This document shows positions 62,619 through 64,000 of a stretch of 64,000 nucleotides of DNA, piece by piece. Within the stretch, counting starts at the first letter, position 1. The number at the start of each line of letters is the position of its first letter. Origin of the DNA: Salisapilia sapeloensis CBS 127946 (taxonomy: Eukaryota; Protista; Oomycota); the NCBI GenBank assembly GCA_023334545.1, contig JAADVB010000017.1, positions 68,748-132,747 on the forward strand, in the 5' to 3' direction. Under the pieces are notes generated by a model, which ran no database searches, was not told the origin of the DNA, and worked only from the letters and a program-made list of their open reading frames with translations. The translations under genes and the position numbers were made by a program.

Positions 62619-62831
62619 GAAGGCTAAGAAAAGAAAAGTAACGAAGTGACTTGCTTCCTACTGACTGCCCGACGCATGTCAAGTGACTGAAAAGCGTGTC
62701 GCTCGTACCAATCAATGTGAAATGCAATCTTATTCGCTCGAGACACGCTTATCCTTTTTAATCAATTTCCGGTGGCACTAGGCAATTGGAACTTTGGAAC
62801 TATCCAAACGTGCTTTTTACTTCCACTTGCA

Positions 62832-64000
62832 ATGGCTGCCGACGACAACCCTGATGATACTTATATGAAATTATCTTCACCTCAGGCTTATAAGCTAAAG
62901 GAGGAGAATGTTCCTGTTCAAGAAACGCCAGATATTGCAAAAGGGTCTTCTAGTCTCTTTGACTTGTATCGCTTTGCGACGTTCACGGATCTTATATGGC
63001 TACTCATGGGCGTTGTGGGGTCTACGGTGAACGGTGCATTGTTCCCAGTCATGGCAGTCGTATTCGGAAATACCTTTCAAGCTTTCTCGTCCGTTCCGAT
63101 CGACCAAGAGATGGTTAATACGGCATCCCTCCACTTCCTCCTCATCGCCATTGCGCTCTTTATTTCAGAATACATGTCGTATATAGGCTTCCACTACAGT
63201 GCAGAGCGTCAAATGCAAGCCATGCGTGCTCATGCGCTACGTCACATGCTTTATATGGATATCTCGTGGTTCGATTCGCATGAAGCGCTGCAACTGTCCA
63301 ACCGATTGACAGGTGATACCGTCAAGATCAAACAAGGCATGGGCTTTAAGCTTGGTCATAGCTGCCGATTTACCTGTCAATTTGTGTCCGGTATCATCGT
63401 CGGCTTTATTCGTGGATGGGATGTCGCGCTCGTGATGGCAGCGGCAATGCCCATCGTCACGTTATCCCTTGCGTACTTTGTCAAAAAGACGAAGAGCATG
63501 TCCGACTGGTCTCAAACGCTATATGCCGAAGCTGGAGCGATTGCAGAAGAAACAATTGGCAATATTCGCACGGTGGCTTCGCTGAATAGCGAGCAGCATG
63601 CGATCGACAAGTACGAGGCGAAAACTGTGGAAGTCGAGAGAGGGAACATCAAGCTGGCCAAAATTGTCGGTGCACTCATGGGCATCTTCATCGGTAGTCT
63701 TTGGCTAATGTACTCGATCGGCCTGTGGTACGGCGGATTCAAAGTATCTGACAATCGATCCGAACCAGGAGCTGCATTGTCCGCGTTCTTTGGCACGCTT
63801 TTAGGACTTGCTGCGATGGCGAATATCTCTCCCAACGTTTCCGCTGTTTCCCAGGCAATGGGCGCCGCGAAGGAGCTCTTTGACATCCTGGACACGCCGT
63901 CCTCGATCGACGCGTCCAAGGACGAAGGCGAGGTCCCGGCCAAGTGCGACGGCGCGATCGAGGCTAAGAACCTGTACTTTACCTATCCGAGTCGACCGGA
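62832..64000 (+). CDS. ABCB (MDR/P-glycoprotein-type) transporter, 5' part only
   Basis: Open frame from ATG 62832 to the window end: LYRFAT, NGALFPVMAVVFG, DISWFD, RLTGDTVKIKQG, AEETIGNIRTV, FTYPSRP. Missing from the ORF track because no stop falls in the window. Confidence 0.93.
   Translation, partial: MAADDNPDDTYMKLSSPQAYKLKEENVPVQETPDIAKGSSSLFDLYRFATFTDLIWLLMGVVGSTVNGALFPVMAVVFGNTFQAFSSVPIDQEMVNTASLHFLLIAIALFISEYMSYIGFHYSAERQMQAMRAHALRHMLYMDISWFDSHEALQLSNRLTGDTVKIKQGMGFKLGHSCRFTCQFVSGIIVGFIRGWDVALVMAAAMPIVTLSLAYFVKKTKSMSDWSQTLYAEAGAIAEETIGNIRTVASLNSEQHAIDKYEAKTVEVERGNIKLAKIVGALMGIFIGSLWLMYSIGLWYGGFKVSDNRSEPGAALSAFFGTLLGLAAMANISPNVSAVSQAMGAAKELFDILDTPSSIDASKDEGEVPAKCDGAIEAKNLYFTYPSRP

Noticed and set aside
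1-64000. Excess of head-to-head gene pairs (12 of 35 junctions); search for tRNA, rRNA, CRISPR, telomeric or transposon features
   Set aside because: 12 observed versus about 9 expected at random is not a clear excess. No T-loop/cloverleaf, rRNA, spacer array, telomere repeat, transposase/RT motif or terminal repeat was seen.

Overview
Gene-dense eukaryotic nuclear DNA from a flagellated oomycete (or close stramenopile relative). The diagnostic genes are a 7TM GPCR-PIP kinase fusion, a pair of oomycete-type GT-B glycosyltransferases, and the flagellar/basal-body genes centrin, TPGS1-like and LZTFL1. I resolve 36 protein-coding genes (about one per 1.8 kb; the last is cut by the window end) and 36 GT-AG introns (35 are 49-69 nt, one is 98 nt). 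Several genes are fragmented or absent in the ORF track and appear only after splicing: RPL39, LZTFL1, TPGS1-like, JTB-like, GOSR2, centrin, mitochondrial bL35 and an ABCB transporter. The standard genetic code applies, with all three stops used. I see no tRNA, rRNA, CRISPR array or recognisable transposon. The most interesting items are: (1) an uncharacterised 931-aa protein whose Cys/His N-terminal domain is assembled through a frame-critical 25-nt microexon (candidate lineage-specific transcription regulator); (2) a RING-coiled-coil-PX fusion; (3) a secreted Kelch/Cys-rich/EGF/vWA-like mosaic protein; (4) a glycosyltransferase pair in which one copy looks catalytically degenerate; (5) splice sites that double as stop codons; (6) a recurring AATG...CATT motif in very short convergent intergenic gaps. 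Homology calls come from motif recognition, not database searches. Intron models are sequence-based predictions.
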